In this document: positions 1 through 10,649 of the stretch, piece by piece
Layout of the letters: each line of letters opens with the position of its first letter
How positions within the stretch are numbered: the stretch's first letter is position 1
Source of the DNA: an uncultured Bacilli bacterium
GTDB lineage: Bacteria; Bacillota_I; Bacilli_A; RF39; UBA660
Direction: 5' to 3'
NCBI GenBank assembly: GCA_947624275.1
Contig: CANQJR010000002.1
Span: forward strand, 1 to 58,317
Length of the DNA: 58,317 nucleotides
The notes under the pieces: model-generated
What the model was told of the DNA's origin: nothing
Database searches by the model: none
Seen by the model: only the letters and a program-made list of their open reading frames with translations
Translations under genes and position numbers: made by a program

Positions 1-294
1 GACGAATTCATGCAGTATGACGCCATGTATGGAATTCAATGGCATGCGATCAAATATGCTAAAGAGCACGGTTTCGATACATATAATTTTTATGGCATCG
101 AAGGAAACTTCCAAAAAGAGAACAATCCGATGTATGGAGTTTATGAATTTAAAAAGGGATTTGGTGGACGCGTCGTTGAATTAATCGGTGAATTCGACCT
201 ACCAATTAATAAGTTAAAATATAGACTGTATACCTGGGCATTTGCCAGTTATAAAAAGATTAAAAATACAATTAATCGTTTGAAAAATAAATAG
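1..294 (+). CDS. FemAB-family peptidoglycan interpeptide-bridge aminoacyltransferase, C-terminal fragment (5' end lies outside the window)
   Basis: The frame is open from nt 1. The C-terminal motif YGVYEFKKGFGGRVVELIGEFD parallels YGMYEFKKGFNGNVVELIGQFE of the full-length FemAB paralog at 1100-2362. Confidence 0.8.
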   Translation, partial: DEFMQYDAMYGIQWHAIKYAKEHGFDTYNFYGIEGNFQKENNPMYGVYEFKKGFGGRVVELIGEFDLPINKLKYRLYTWAFASYKKIKNTINRLKNK

Positions 295-345
295 AAAACG
301 CAAGTTTTCTATTTATTTATGCATATAATTGGTTAGGAGGTCCAT

Positions 346-1077
346 ATGAATTTAATTGCTGATGGCGGAATAACGACTAAAAATACTCTGATTTATACTA
401 AAGGAGCAATATCTTTGACAGTGAGTACCGATTACATCGATGGCGTCAATTTAGATGTAGCTTATACGACCGATGGTGTCTTCATCATGTATGATGTGGC
501 CAGTCTATTGTTGACAACTCAAGGAACCGGCTATCTCCAAAAGAGTACTTATAATGATCTACTTCATTACAACATTGGTAATAAAGTTTTAAATGCTCAA
601 GTAGTGCGTTTGGAAGAAGTTTTAGAAATATATAAAAATAGCGATAAATTTTTAATCTTAAGTCTCAGTTACCAAGGCGATAGAACCGCAGAGTACACCT
701 ACCAATTACTAGATTTAATCGCCAAATATCCCAATGTTAACATCTATTTAAAAAGTGCTGATAAAGAGATCTTAAACATACTGCAAACAACGCCTAACAA
801 AGCACGGATTGGCGTCATCATCACCGACGACAATCGTGAAGAAATCGATAATGACTATGACTTTTATGTCATAAACACTTATCAAATCGATAGAAATGCC
901 ATTCTGAAAAAGATCAATAATAATAAAGACATCATGACAGAACTCATTCAATTTCCCAATGATCTAATCAACGCCTATTATCTATATGGCAAATATCTTC
1001 TATACAAATTGTTCATCATAGCTAAAGAACCAAAAGCTCTATATGAAACTTTTAAACAGATACAAGCACGCATTTAA
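346..1077 (+). CDS. Glycerophosphodiester phosphodiesterase (GDPD)-fold protein with substituted catalytic residues
   Basis: GGAGG RBS before the ATG. The layout LIADGG..KNTL..NLDV..TDGVFIMYD..TTQG..VVRLEEVL follows the GDPD pattern HRG..ENT..ELDV..DG..HD, but the His, Arg and Glu positions are replaced. Confidence 0.5.
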   Translation: MNLIADGGITTKNTLIYTKGAISLTVSTDYIDGVNLDVAYTTDGVFIMYDVASLLLTTQGTGYLQKSTYNDLLHYNIGNKVLNAQVVRLEEVLEIYKNSDKFLILSLSYQGDRTAEYTYQLLDLIAKYPNVNIYLKSADKEILNILQTTPNKARIGVIITDDNREEIDNDYDFYVINTYQIDRNAILKKINNNKDIMTELIQFPNDLINAYYLYGKYLLYKLFIIAKEPKALYETFKQIQARI

Positions 1078-1080
1078 AAA

Positions 1081-1099
1081 GTACAGTTAATAACTGTAC
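1081..1099. terminator. Bidirectional hairpin between convergent genes
   Basis: GTACAGTTaaTAACTGTAC inverted repeat, flanked by an A-run upstream and a T-run downstream. Confidence 0.6.
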
Positions 1100-2362
1100 T
1101 CATTTTTTGCTGAATAGATGTTTTATCTTTTTACCGAAGTTGTAAATGTGATACATAAAACCAGTAGCTATTTCAAATTGACCGATCAATTCGACGACAT
1201 TGCCATTAAAACCTTTTTTAAATTCATACATGCCATAATATTTATCATTTTTGTCAAAACATCCCGTAATGCCATAAAAATCAACCCATTCAAAATTCAT
1301 TTCATAAGCATCTTTGATGTGTTCATTGTACATGGCATACTTAGGTGTAAAACTTTTATATTCAGCCAGCATACCACTGCTCAAAGTGAGGTATTCATTA
1401 CCAGACTTCAAAGATAATAGAGCTCCAATATCTTTACCTTGAGGATTTTCCTCTTTAAACTTTTTAGCTTTGTCCAACTCCTCACGATATTTGTCTAAAA
1501 GTTTATCAGAGACTTCTTTTTGATTGATCAGTTTGTTGCCAACTAAGTTCTTCTTCATCTTTTCGGCAATATTTTTATTATTCTCCTCTTCATTTCGCAA
1601 AAGTTCTTTGGTATCTTCCAAATAAGTATCGGGATCCAAATAAGCGATATAAATAGTCATCAAGTCTTTCATGTGATGATACATCTTTTTATAATAGTCC
1701 AAACTGCGCGCCTGAAACTCTTTTCTCTGACTAGTGGCATCAAATATTTCCGTCATTGAATCCAAATCTTTTATCGTTCCTTTGCGAACCTTTAGACCCT
1801 TCTTGTAACAAGCATCAATATTCTTGCGCGTACTCTTAGAAAATTTGGCTTTTTTAGTTTCGTAATCTTCATCTAGTTTGAGACGATATTCCCATCTCAC
1901 TTGATAAGTTTCAGCATAGAGATTGAAACCGAAATGTTGATAGCCCAATTTTTCCAAATTGGTTTTGATCACATCATTTCGATCAGCATCATCATTTAAG
2001 ATTTCGCCTTCACTAGAGCGAATGCGATAAATGACATTGGGGTCAATAGTGATTCTAAACCCTTTTTTACTTTTGACAAATTTGATCAATTCATCAGAAA
2101 AAAATTTTAATAAATCATAATCAGCATAATCGATTAAATAACCGCGAGGAGCATAAAAAGTTTTATGGCCTAAAAGCGATTTCTCTTCTAAAATTAGAGT
2201 GGCAGCGACGACTTTATCATCCTTTTTAACACCGACGAGATATGGAACATCACCCAGATCTCGTTTTAAATTAGCCAGTTCGATTGTTTGCATGAATGAG
2301 CTCTGAGGATGATGAGCAATAAAAGTTGCGAATTCCTCATCGGTCAAGATTGTAAATTTCAT
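1100..2362 (-). CDS. FemAB-family aminoacyltransferase (FemX/MurM-like, tRNA-dependent peptidoglycan branch synthesis)
   Basis: 420 aa of typical length. Family pattern with a central coiled-coil insert and the C-terminal YGMYEFKKGF motif. GGAGG RBS. Confidence 0.85.
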   Translation of the reverse strand: MKFTILTDEEFATFIAHHPQSSFMQTIELANLKRDLGDVPYLVGVKKDDKVVAATLILEEKSLLGHKTFYAPRGYLIDYADYDLLKFFSDELIKFVKSKKGFRITIDPNVIYRIRSSEGEILNDDADRNDVIKTNLEKLGYQHFGFNLYAETYQVRWEYRLKLDEDYETKKAKFSKSTRKNIDACYKKGLKVRKGTIKDLDSMTEIFDATSQRKEFQARSLDYYKKMYHHMKDLMTIYIAYLDPDTYLEDTKELLRNEEENNKNIAEKMKKNLVGNKLINQKEVSDKLLDKYREELDKAKKFKEENPQGKDIGALLSLKSGNEYLTLSSGMLAEYKSFTPKYAMYNEHIKDAYEMNFEWVDFYGITGCFDKNDKYYGMYEFKKGFNGNVVELIGQFEIATGFMYHIYNFGKKIKHLFSKK

Positions 2363-2381
2363 AAAATTATCCTCCTCTAAA

Positions 2382-4052
2382 TCAATGTCTATTTTTTAAT
2401 TTGACGACGACCTTTTGGATTATGTCATTACCAAATATCTTATATAACGAACCGTTTTTAATCGTTATTCCTAAATATATTATACCACCAATAGCAGTAT
2501 AAATTACTACGATTAAAAGATTTAACAATTTACTGGAAGAAGATATAGGAATCATTATCTTCAACAACAATAATACAATGGTCATGATGATGACAGCTAT
2601 CATGACGTCGAAGAAACGCTTAATGGTCTCTTCGTAATCGACACGATATTTTATATTTAAATGGAAAAGCGCAATCAAACTGCAGCAGCCATATCCTAAA
2701 ATAGTAGCCATGATTGAACCGTAATATGCTGGTAAACCCATTTTATTGAACCCGTATAGGAGTGGAATGGTCAATAAGACTTTCATCAAAAATCCACTTA
2801 TGAGGGCAATCAAAACCATTTTGTACTCTTTTAAAACTTGAATAGTAGTAATGGTCGACGTGAAGAGAATCGTTGCGACAGCAACAAAGACATAAAGACT
2901 ATAAACTTTAGGTCCATATTCGCTAACCCCATAAAAAATCGTCCAAACGTTAGGAGATAAAATGCTCAAGCCCACCGCCATTGGAATGGTCAAATAGATG
3001 ATCACTTGCAACGTTTGATTGATTTTATGACGGACATCGCGCAAATCATTTTTGACAAAACTGCTGGTCAAATTGGGAATTAGCCTGATCATGATACCGG
3101 TCGATATGGCAATGATGATCTGATTAATTTTTAATCCCCAAGTCGAGATGACGCTCATGATTGTCTCAGCACTTTCTTTAGTGAAACCGAAATTATTAGT
3201 TAACGTTTTGACTAGCAAAAAGACGTCGACCGAATTATATAATGATTTAAAGACATCGATCATGATGAAAGGAAAGGCATAGCCCAACAATTTATAAACG
3301 ATGGCTCTATCAGTAATCTTTTTTTCTTCATCAGATACTTTGTTAGAACGGGCAAAGAAAACTTTTTTATTCTTGTGGGCAACGAGACGAAGGTATAAAT
3401 ATGAGAACAGTGCTCCAACCGTTGCCGAAAAAACAGCAATACCAACTGTATCGCGAAGGGATAGATGAAAGATTTTCATTCCCATAAAACTGCCGATTAA
3501 GATGACTAAAACTCTGACAACTTGTTCTAAAACTTGAGATATCGAAGTCGGTGTGATGACTTTATGTCCTTGAAAATATCCGCGATAGACACTCATAGTT
3601 GGCACCAATAAAATGGCTGTAGAGATGATGCGAATGACGAATTCGACATCTTCAACTGAATTTCCTCCAGAAGTGTTTCCCACTATTAGAGTAGCAATCG
3701 GTTTAGCAAACAACATCAGCAAAACAAAAGAGATGATGCCCATTATGTTCAAAACTTTTTTACTGATATAAAAGGCCCTCTTCTTAGTTTCGTCATATCC
3801 CAAAGCTGCATATTCACTAGTCAATTTGCTCATGGCCAGTGGAATACCAGCTGTGGAAATGCTCAAAAAGAGTGAATAAATAGTATAGGCATAACCATAG
3901 AGAGCTCCCCCTTGATCACCTATCATCGCATAAAAAGGAATGACATAGAGCATGCCAATGATCTTGCACAAAACAATTCCTACAGTAGCAATAAAGGCAC
4001 CTTGTAAAAAATTATGTCTCTTTAACTTTCTCCTTTTCATATACAACACCAC
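2382..4052 (-). CDS. MOP-superfamily flippase (MurJ/SpoVB-like lipid II or polysaccharide flippase)
   Basis: About 14 hydrophobic segments and an N-terminal basic stretch followed by FLQGAFIATVGIVLCKIIGMLYVIPF, typical of MurJ/MviN. The start may be the ATG at 4040 rather than the GTG at 4052. Confidence 0.75.
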   Translation of the reverse strand: MVLYMKRRKLKRHNFLQGAFIATVGIVLCKIIGMLYVIPFYAMIGDQGGALYGYAYTIYSLFLSISTAGIPLAMSKLTSEYAALGYDETKKRAFYISKKVLNIMGIISFVLLMLFAKPIATLIVGNTSGGNSVEDVEFVIRIISTAILLVPTMSVYRGYFQGHKVITPTSISQVLEQVVRVLVILIGSFMGMKIFHLSLRDTVGIAVFSATVGALFSYLYLRLVAHKNKKVFFARSNKVSDEEKKITDRAIVYKLLGYAFPFIMIDVFKSLYNSVDVFLLVKTLTNNFGFTKESAETIMSVISTWGLKINQIIIAISTGIMIRLIPNLTSSFVKNDLRDVRHKINQTLQVIIYLTIPMAVGLSILSPNVWTIFYGVSEYGPKVYSLYVFVAVATILFTSTITTIQVLKEYKMVLIALISGFLMKVLLTIPLLYGFNKMGLPAYYGSIMATILGYGCCSLIALFHLNIKYRVDYEETIKRFFDVMIAVIIMTIVLLLLKIMIPISSSSKLLNLLIVVIYTAIGGIIYLGITIKNGSLYKIFGNDIIQKVVVKLKNRH

Positions 4053-4133
4053 TTCATTATAATAATATCACATTTGATAAAAAAAGACATTAATAAAGAC
4101 AAAAGAATGAAAGATATATTCATAGTTAAAATA

Positions 4134-4162
4134 TTGAAGTGTGATTGTGATTGTAGTAAAAT
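4134..4162 (+). promoter_or_regulatory. Sigma-A type promoter for the phosphoketolase gene
   Basis: TTGAAG, a 17-nt spacer, then TAAAAT, about 27 nt upstream of the ATG. The spacer holds a TGTGATTG/TGATTG direct repeat. Confidence 0.4.
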
Positions 4163-4188
4163 ATTAATGTATGAGAATAGGGGTTGAA

Positions 4189-6546
4189 ATGATGAACGAT
4201 GATTTTTTCTCTTTAAAATATCTTAAAAAAATGGATGCCTATTGGCGCGCAGCCAATTATTTGAGTCTTGGTCAACTATATCTTTTAGACAATCCCCTTT
4301 TACGCGAACCGTTGAAAAAGGAACACATCAAAAAGAAGATTGTTGGTCATTGGGGAACAGTACCTGGACAAAACTTCATCTATGTCCACCTAAATCGCGT
4401 CATTAAAATGTTCGATTTAGATATGATCTATATATCTGGACCTGGTCATGGCGGAAATGCATTAGTCAGCAACACTTATCTAGAGGGAACTTATAGTGAA
4501 ATATATCCCAACATCAGTCGTGACCTCGATGGCATGAGAAAACTGTTCAAACAATTCTCCTTTCCGGGCGGAATTTCTAGCCATGTAGCACCAGAGACAC
4601 CGGGATCCATCAATGAAGGTGGCGAACTTGGTTATTCTCTTGCTCATGCCTTTGGAGCTGTCTTTGACAATCCTGATTTGATTGCGACCTGTGTCGTTGG
4701 GGATGGTGAAGCTGAGACTGGACCACTCGCAACTTCTTGGCACTCTAACAAATTTTTAAATCCGATCACTGATGGTGCTGTTCTCCCCATCTTACATTTG
4801 AACGGCTATAAGATAAGTAATCCCACTGTATTTGCTAGAATATCCCACGAAGAGATCAAAAGTTTCTTTGAAGGATGTGGTTGGAAACCATATTTCGTCG
4901 AAGGAAAAGATCCCTTCACTATGCACATCTTAATGGCCCAAACACTAGAAAAAGTTATTACGGAGATCAAAACCATCCAAAAGAATGCTCGTCAAAACCA
5001 TGATGCGACGAGACCGAAATGGCCAATGATCATTTTTCGATCACCCAAAGGTTGGACGGGACCAAAAGAAGTCGAGGGCAACAAGATTGAAGACAACTTC
5101 AAAGCCCATCAAGTGCCACTTTCGATGGATGGTGAAAAACATTTAGAAATGCTCGAAAAATGGTTGAAGAGTTATCATCCCGAAGAACTATTCGATCAAA
5201 ATGGAACACTACTTCCAGAACTGCAAGAGTTAGCTCCAACTGGCAATCGTCGAATGGGAAGTAATCCTTATGCCAATGGTGGCCTTCTCTTAAAGGATTT
5301 GCGTCTACCCGATTTCCGCCAATATGCCTTAAGATTTGATAAGCCCGGTTCAATTGAAGCACAAGATATGATTGAATTAGGTGGATTTGTGAGAGATATC
5401 TTCGAATTGAATAAAGAAGAACGCAACTTCCGCATTTTTGGACCAGATGAGACTCTATCGAATCGTTTGAATAAAGTCTTTGAAAAAGAAAATCGCAGTT
5501 GGAATGCGAATAGATTAGATAATGATGAATTTTTGAGTAGCGATGGTAGAATAATGGATTCCTATCTATCAGAACACATGTGTGAGGGATGGCTCGAAGG
5601 ATATTTACTAACTGGTCGTCACGGTTTCTTTGCTAGCTACGAAGCTTTTATCCGCGTCGTCGACTCCATGTTTAGTCAACATGCCAAATGGTTAAAGGTG
5701 ACTTCAGAATTGCCTTGGCGCCAAGAGATTGCCTCCTTAAACTACATTTTGACTTCTAACGTTTGGCAACAAGACCACAACGGTTTCACTCATCAAGATC
5801 CAGGTTTCTTAGACCATGTCGCCAATAAAAAAGCCGATATTGTCAGAATGTATTTACCACCAGATACCAATTGCTTGCTATCCGTTTTTGACCATTGCAT
5901 TCGCAGTAAGAACTACGTCAATGTCATGATCACTTCCAAGCATCCAAGACCTCAATGGTTGACGATGGATCAAGCCATCAAGCATTGTACCCAAGGAATA
6001 GGCATTTGGGATTGGGCTAGCAATGATCAAGGTGAAGACCCAGATATCGTGTTAGCTTGTTGTGGAGATACCCCTACTCTAGAATCACTAGCCGCTGTCA
6101 CGATCATGCGAACATATCTACCTGAAGTAAAGATTCGCTTCATCAACGTCGTCGACTTGATGAAACTGCAATCACATCACAAACATCCACACGGTTTGAC
6201 GGATGAAGACTATGATTTATTGTTCACCAAGGATAAACCGATCATCTTCGCTTTCCACGGTTATCCAACGCTAATCCATGAATTGTTATATTATCGTCAC
6301 AATCGTAATTTACACGTCTTTGGATATCAAGAAGAAGGAACGATTACAACACCATTTGACATGCGCGTCCAAAATGAAATAGACCGTTTTCACTTGGTCA
6401 TAGTCATGATCAAAAATCTTCCTCAACTCGGTAATAAAGGTGCATATGTCGTTCAAAAAATGAAAGATAAATTAGTTGAACACGAACAATATATCAAAGA
6501 ATATGGTATTGACTTAGAAGAAGTTAGAAATTGGAAATGGAATTAA
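4189..6546 (+). CDS. xfp: Xylulose-5-phosphate/fructose-6-phosphate phosphoketolase
   Basis: About 785 aa. N-terminal [15 protein letters not shown] and GHWGT.PG, plus EGGELGY and the TPP-binding GDGEAETG motif. AGGGG RBS before ATG 4189. Confidence 0.95.
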   Translation: MMNDDFFSLKYLKKMDAYWRAANYLSLGQLYLLDNPLLREPLKKEHIKKKIVGHWGTVPGQNFIYVHLNRVIKMFDLDMIYISGPGHGGNALVSNTYLEGTYSEIYPNISRDLDGMRKLFKQFSFPGGISSHVAPETPGSINEGGELGYSLAHAFGAVFDNPDLIATCVVGDGEAETGPLATSWHSNKFLNPITDGAVLPILHLNGYKISNPTVFARISHEEIKSFFEGCGWKPYFVEGKDPFTMHILMAQTLEKVITEIKTIQKNARQNHDATRPKWPMIIFRSPKGWTGPKEVEGNKIEDNFKAHQVPLSMDGEKHLEMLEKWLKSYHPEELFDQNGTLLPELQELAPTGNRRMGSNPYANGGLLLKDLRLPDFRQYALRFDKPGSIEAQDMIELGGFVRDIFELNKEERNFRIFGPDETLSNRLNKVFEKENRSWNANRLDNDEFLSSDGRIMDSYLSEHMCEGWLEGYLLTGRHGFFASYEAFIRVVDSMFSQHAKWLKVTSELPWRQEIASLNYILTSNVWQQDHNGFTHQDPGFLDHVANKKADIVRMYLPPDTNCLLSVFDHCIRSKNYVNVMITSKHPRPQWLTMDQAIKHCTQGIGIWDWASNDQGEDPDIVLACCGDTPTLESLAAVTIMRTYLPEVKIRFINVVDLMKLQSHHKHPHGLTDEDYDLLFTKDKPIIFAFHGYPTLIHELLYYRHNRNLHVFGYQEEGTITTPFDMRVQNEIDRFHLVIVMIKNLPQLGNKGAYVVQKMKDKLVEHEQYIKEYGIDLEEVRNWKWN

Positions 6547-6548
6547 AA

Positions 6549-6580
6549 AAGATGATAGAATCAATTTTCTATCATCTTTT
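6549..6580. terminator. Bidirectional terminator hairpin
   Basis: 12-bp stem AAGATGATAGAA/TTCTATCATCTT with a 6-nt loop, between convergent genes. Confidence 0.7.
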
Positions 6581-7694
6581 CTTCTGTGATATTGATTAGC
6601 ATCACTATGATGTTGGTGATATTATCGCTCTCATTGATCACTTTGATCGCATAAACTCCTAAATCGTTGATATATGAAGTTATGTCATTGTGATAAACAC
6701 CACTATATATCGCCTTGTCTTCGTCCATAGTCATCACATGTTGGAAATTGAAGTTGACGTCTTCGCCCACGTAATAAATAGACATTTGGCTATCATTTAG
6801 TTCTATTTCTCGCTTGTTATTCACAGTGGTAAAGTTACAAGGAACTTTAGTCTTACCATCATGACAGGTATACTCTCGCAAGTTTAGAACATAATGGTCC
6901 TGTTTAGCGACGTCAACTCTAATCGACTTATCACCGATCTCATAAGCAGTGAAATTATTCATACTTCCATTTTGTTTATATATGAAAGGAACGATCGTTT
7001 TCTCATAGCTCTGATCATAATAGAGAGGGACGACATCATCATTGATTGAAGCGCTAAAATAGTGATATAAGCCACGATTGAATTTCTTGTTTGCTTCGAT
7101 GGTGGCCAAAACACCACCCAATAAAACACAAATTACTAACGCAATCAAAAGTACATTAGTCAAAACTTTTTTGCGTTGATACTTCTTTTGATCTTTTTCT
7201 TCAACCATCATTATTGGTATTTCCGTTTCTATTTCTTTCTTCAGTGGATTATATTCTCTTTTAATCTCATTGACGTCTTTAAAAAATCTATGTTTGGAAC
7301 GTTCAGGATATTTGTTGAAGAACTCCTCAACACCATTTTCACGATCGGGAACAGGAATTGGTCGAATGATGAAAAAGACGATTACGTGTAAAACTATATC
7401 TAATAAACTCAAAAAGTTGGGATAAGCAAGAAATAAGAAAATGAACAAAATGAAGTTAAGAATTTTAAAATAGCGAATGACTCTCTCTTGTAAGATGTAT
7501 TCTTCCTGTTTCAATCTCTTGAAGAGAAAGAGCATGATCAAAGTATCATAAATTATGAAGATCAAGGGATTTAACAAAAGAGTCAAATGCATATTTAGAC
7601 TCTTATAATAGTCAAAAGCCGCTAAAAGCATAGGAATGGCCATCAATGACAAATAACCACATATATATAAACTCTTCTTCGTTTTTAACTTCAT
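6561..7694 (-). CDS. Hypothetical multi-pass membrane protein with a C-terminal extracytoplasmic domain
   Basis: Several N-terminal TM segments, a charged linker, one more TM (LLIALVICVLLGGVLATI), then a roughly 170-aa soluble domain. AGGTGA RBS before ATG 7694. No family recognised. Confidence 0.55.
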   Translation of the reverse strand: MKLKTKKSLYICGYLSLMAIPMLLAAFDYYKSLNMHLTLLLNPLIFIIYDTLIMLFLFKRLKQEEYILQERVIRYFKILNFILFIFLFLAYPNFLSLLDIVLHVIVFFIIRPIPVPDRENGVEEFFNKYPERSKHRFFKDVNEIKREYNPLKKEIETEIPIMMVEEKDQKKYQRKKVLTNVLLIALVICVLLGGVLATIEANKKFNRGLYHYFSASINDDVVPLYYDQSYEKTIVPFIYKQNGSMNNFTAYEIGDKSIRVDVAKQDHYVLNLREYTCHDGKTKVPCNFTTVNNKREIELNDSQMSIYYVGEDVNFNFQHVMTMDEDKAIYSGVYHNDITSYINDLGVYAIKVINESDNITNIIVMLINITEEKMIEN

Positions 7695-7734
7695 ATTTTC
7701 ACCTATAATAATTATAACATAAATAGTATTCATA

Positions 7735-7760
7735 CAAAGAAAAAAGAGCCAAAGCTCTTT
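7735..7760 (-). terminator. Rho-independent terminator after the ABC fusion gene
   Basis: On the minus strand, AAAGAGC tttg GCTCTTT followed by TTTTTCTTT. Confidence 0.65.
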
Positions 7761-7764
7761 TGTT

Positions 7765-10323
7765 TTATTCAGTTCTCAATGCTTCCACTGGATCTTTCTT
7801 ACTAGCCATGCGTGATGGTATTAGTCCGGCAATCAAAGTCAAAACGACAGAGATGATGACGAGAATCGTCGCACCGACGACTGGCAAGACGGATACATTA
7901 GATATATTAGTAACTGATTTGATGATCATATTAATTGGAATGTTCAAAATGACAGTTACGCCAATACCTAATAATCCAGCCACTAAACCGACTATCAAAG
8001 TCTCAGCATTGAAGACGCGTGAAATATCTTTTTTACTAGCACCAATACTTCGCAAAATACCGATTTCTTTCGTTCTTTCAAGCACGCTGATATAAGTTAT
8101 AATACCGATCATGATTGATGAAACAATCAATGAAATACTTACGAAAGCCATCAAGACATAACTGATCGTATTGATGATGGAAGTGACAGAGCGCATCATG
8201 ACTCCAACCATATCCGTATACATGATCTGATCATCATCTTCTTTTGGTTTGTTATAATTGTCAATTATTTCAATGATTTTCTCTTTAGAATCGAAATCGA
8301 CTGGATAAATGCTGATCATGTCAGGATTATCTAAATCGACAATACCTAACGCCAACAAATTAGTCTCATAAGTAGCTTTAGCATTTTCCATATAACTTGA
8401 TACGACTGCCGCTAACTCTTCTTGAGATAGCGTAGCAAGATAAGCCTTCTGTTCATCAGTTAAACTGTCCATATTGAAAGTAGCTGTATCAGAGAACTCA
8501 ATTCCGGTAAAGACATTGATATCTTTATTGGCCTTTTGTTCTTTAGCAATGGCACTATTATTGATTTTCTCAATAGTGTACTTGGTCAAATCGCTCGTAT
8601 AACCAATGACTCCTGTAGTCGAAATAGTCGATTCTTCATTGACACGAATTATACCAACGACTTCGATGTCTTCAGCTTTAGATAACAACTTTTTCATATA
8701 TGTTTCATCATCAGATTTATCAATCCAAAGATTATTCTGTTTTTCATAATAATCAGTGTTTAAGACCAATTTAAACTTTAGACCGATGATTTCATCATAA
8801 TCATAACTCGTCTGTTTAGATTCAATTGGGTTACCATCGATGATGGACTTAAACATCTTTTTCAATTCATCTTGATCTAATAGACCGAGAGAGTATAGTG
8901 CATAATCACTTACTTGGTTATCTTCATCAATTACCAAGACAACTTCATTATACTTAGTAGGCCATTTACCTTTGACCAAATCATATTGCGTTTTCAAAAG
9001 TTCACGATTGTCACTCAATTCCGTCCAAGAATTGACTTCACCAGCACCAAAAGCATATTCAGTACCCATGCCTTCCATTCCCAAATTTTCAAAGACAGTA
9101 CTAGGATTTACTTGAACTATTTTATCATCATAATTAGCTTTATATAAATTGATATTTAAATTATAACCATATTTGATCTCATTGGCATAATCGCGAATAT
9201 TATCACCATTTTTATCTAAAAAAGTTTTAAAATCTTTTAAATTATTAGTACGCATACCAGAAGCCGCAGAAGAAATCATATCGGTCATGATGTTATTAGA
9301 ATAAACTTTACCTGCGACTTGATGAGAAGTATCCTTATTTTCTCCCATTAGTGACATGATCATACTAGTGGCATCAACAGTCGTCTTTTGAATCGTCAAA
9401 GGGTAAGAAGATAAGGTATCCTCTTCGACTCTCTTGATATACTCCTGCACGCCATTGGATAATGACATGATGAGCGCAATACCGATGATACCGATTGATC
9501 CAGCAAAGGCGGTTAGAATAGTCCTTCCCTTCTTGGTCAACAAATTGTTGAAACTCAAAGATAGAGCTGTCATGAAAGACATGTGCGTCTTTTTATGTCT
9601 CTTCTGTTTCTCTAATTGTTTTGTCTCGCGTTCAACTTCGACTCCATCGAAAGGATCGGAATCATTGACGATTTTACCATCTAACAATTTGATGATGCGC
9701 GTTGAATACTCTTCAGCCAAATCGGGATTGTGCGTGACCATGATGACCAATTTATCTTTCGCGATCTCTTTCAACAATTCCATTACTTGGATACTCGTCT
9801 CAGAGTCGAGAGCTCCTGTTGGCTCATCGGCCAACAAAATATCTGGATCATTGACAAGTGCACGAGCAATGGCAATTCTCTGCATTTGCCCACCAGACAT
9901 TTGGTTAGGTCTTTTATACATATGATCTTCCAAACCAACTTTGCGCAAGGCTTCCTTAGCTCTTCGACGACGTTCATTTTTTTCAACACCAGAAAGGGTC
10001 AAAGCCAATTCGACATTGCTTAGAGCTGATTGGTGAGGAATTAAATTGTAACTTTGGAAGACGAAACCGACGCGATGATTACGATAAGTGTCCCAATCGC
10101 GATCTTTATACTGTTTAGTAGAAATTCCATTGATGATCAAATCACCTTTAGTATATTTATCAAGACCTCCAACGATGTTCAAAAGAGTAGTTTTACCACT
10201 ACCACTTTGTCCTAAAATTGATACGAATTCACATTCACGAAACTTGATGCTGACATTGTCTAAAGCCTTTTGTTTGAAGCCAGCCGTTTCATAAACTTTA
10301 GTAACATTTTTTATCTCTAACAT
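7765..10323 (-). CDS. MacB/FtsX-type ABC transporter, fused ATPase-permease
   Basis: N-terminal NBD with GQSGSGKTT, LSGGQMQR, LLADEPTGALD and VTHN. Then TM1, a large extracytoplasmic domain and a C-terminal FtsX-like 3-TM bundle. GGAGGTGG RBS before ATG 10323. Confidence 0.9.
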   Translation of the reverse strand: MLEIKNVTKVYETAGFKQKALDNVSIKFRECEFVSILGQSGSGKTTLLNIVGGLDKYTKGDLIINGISTKQYKDRDWDTYRNHRVGFVFQSYNLIPHQSALSNVELALTLSGVEKNERRRRAKEALRKVGLEDHMYKRPNQMSGGQMQRIAIARALVNDPDILLADEPTGALDSETSIQVMELLKEIAKDKLVIMVTHNPDLAEEYSTRIIKLLDGKIVNDSDPFDGVEVERETKQLEKQKRHKKTHMSFMTALSLSFNNLLTKKGRTILTAFAGSIGIIGIALIMSLSNGVQEYIKRVEEDTLSSYPLTIQKTTVDATSMIMSLMGENKDTSHQVAGKVYSNNIMTDMISSAASGMRTNNLKDFKTFLDKNGDNIRDYANEIKYGYNLNINLYKANYDDKIVQVNPSTVFENLGMEGMGTEYAFGAGEVNSWTELSDNRELLKTQYDLVKGKWPTKYNEVVLVIDEDNQVSDYALYSLGLLDQDELKKMFKSIIDGNPIESKQTSYDYDEIIGLKFKLVLNTDYYEKQNNLWIDKSDDETYMKKLLSKAEDIEVVGIIRVNEESTISTTGVIGYTSDLTKYTIEKINNSAIAKEQKANKDINVFTGIEFSDTATFNMDSLTDEQKAYLATLSQEELAAVVSSYMENAKATYETNLLALGIVDLDNPDMISIYPVDFDSKEKIIEIIDNYNKPKEDDDQIMYTDMVGVMMRSVTSIINTISYVLMAFVSISLIVSSIMIGIITYISVLERTKEIGILRSIGASKKDISRVFNAETLIVGLVAGLLGIGVTVILNIPINMIIKSVTNISNVSVLPVVGATILVIISVVLTLIAGLIPSRMASKKDPVEALRTE

Positions 10324-10414
10324 AACGCCACCTCTATTCACATATAACATTATATAAAAAAGCATATGATAAAATCAATAAAATAAATCAATTTACACAT
10401 TTTTTTCACATTAT

Positions 10415-10582
10415 TTAACGATATAAGATCAAAGCCGAAAAACAATATATTTGTTCTTCCGAAAAAACGCCAACAGCCACTTCATATTTTATGTCAACAA
10501 TCTCATGACCTTCTTCAATAAATTCATTGATGCTATCTTCTAAATCTTTCTCATGTGATTCATCAAACACTTTAACTTTCAT
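10415..10582 (-). CDS. Small Cse60-like protein (sporulation-associated family)
   Basis: 55 aa, MKVKVFDESHEKDLEDSINEFIEE...IVDIKYEVA...EQIYCFSALILYR. This resembles my recollection of the Cse60/YteV family. Start trimmed to ATG 10582. Confidence 0.45.
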   Translation of the reverse strand: MKVKVFDESHEKDLEDSINEFIEEGHEIVDIKYEVAVGVFSEEQIYCFSALILYR

Positions 10583-10618
10583 ATCATCACCATTCCCTAT
10601 TTTAATGGTAATGCGCAT

Positions 10619-10643
10619 AAAAAAATGTCTAAAAAATAGACAT
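10619..10643 (-). terminator. Rho-independent terminator after the phosphatidyltransferase gene
   Basis: On the minus strand, ATGTCTA ttttt TAGACAT followed by a T-run. Confidence 0.65.
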
Positions 10644-10649
10644 CTTGAC

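Noticed and set aside
9434-9925. 163-aa plus-strand ORF and many similar ORF-track entries lying antisense inside long genes. Examples are 23084-23515, 22536-22910, 11859-12203, 12672-12995, 28335-28700 and 46922-47137.
   Set aside because: They are fully nested opposite well-supported genes (the ABC fusion, pcrA, leuS, rnr and others). They have low-complexity or hydrophobic-junk composition and no RBS, so they are shadow ORFs typical of AT-rich DNA.
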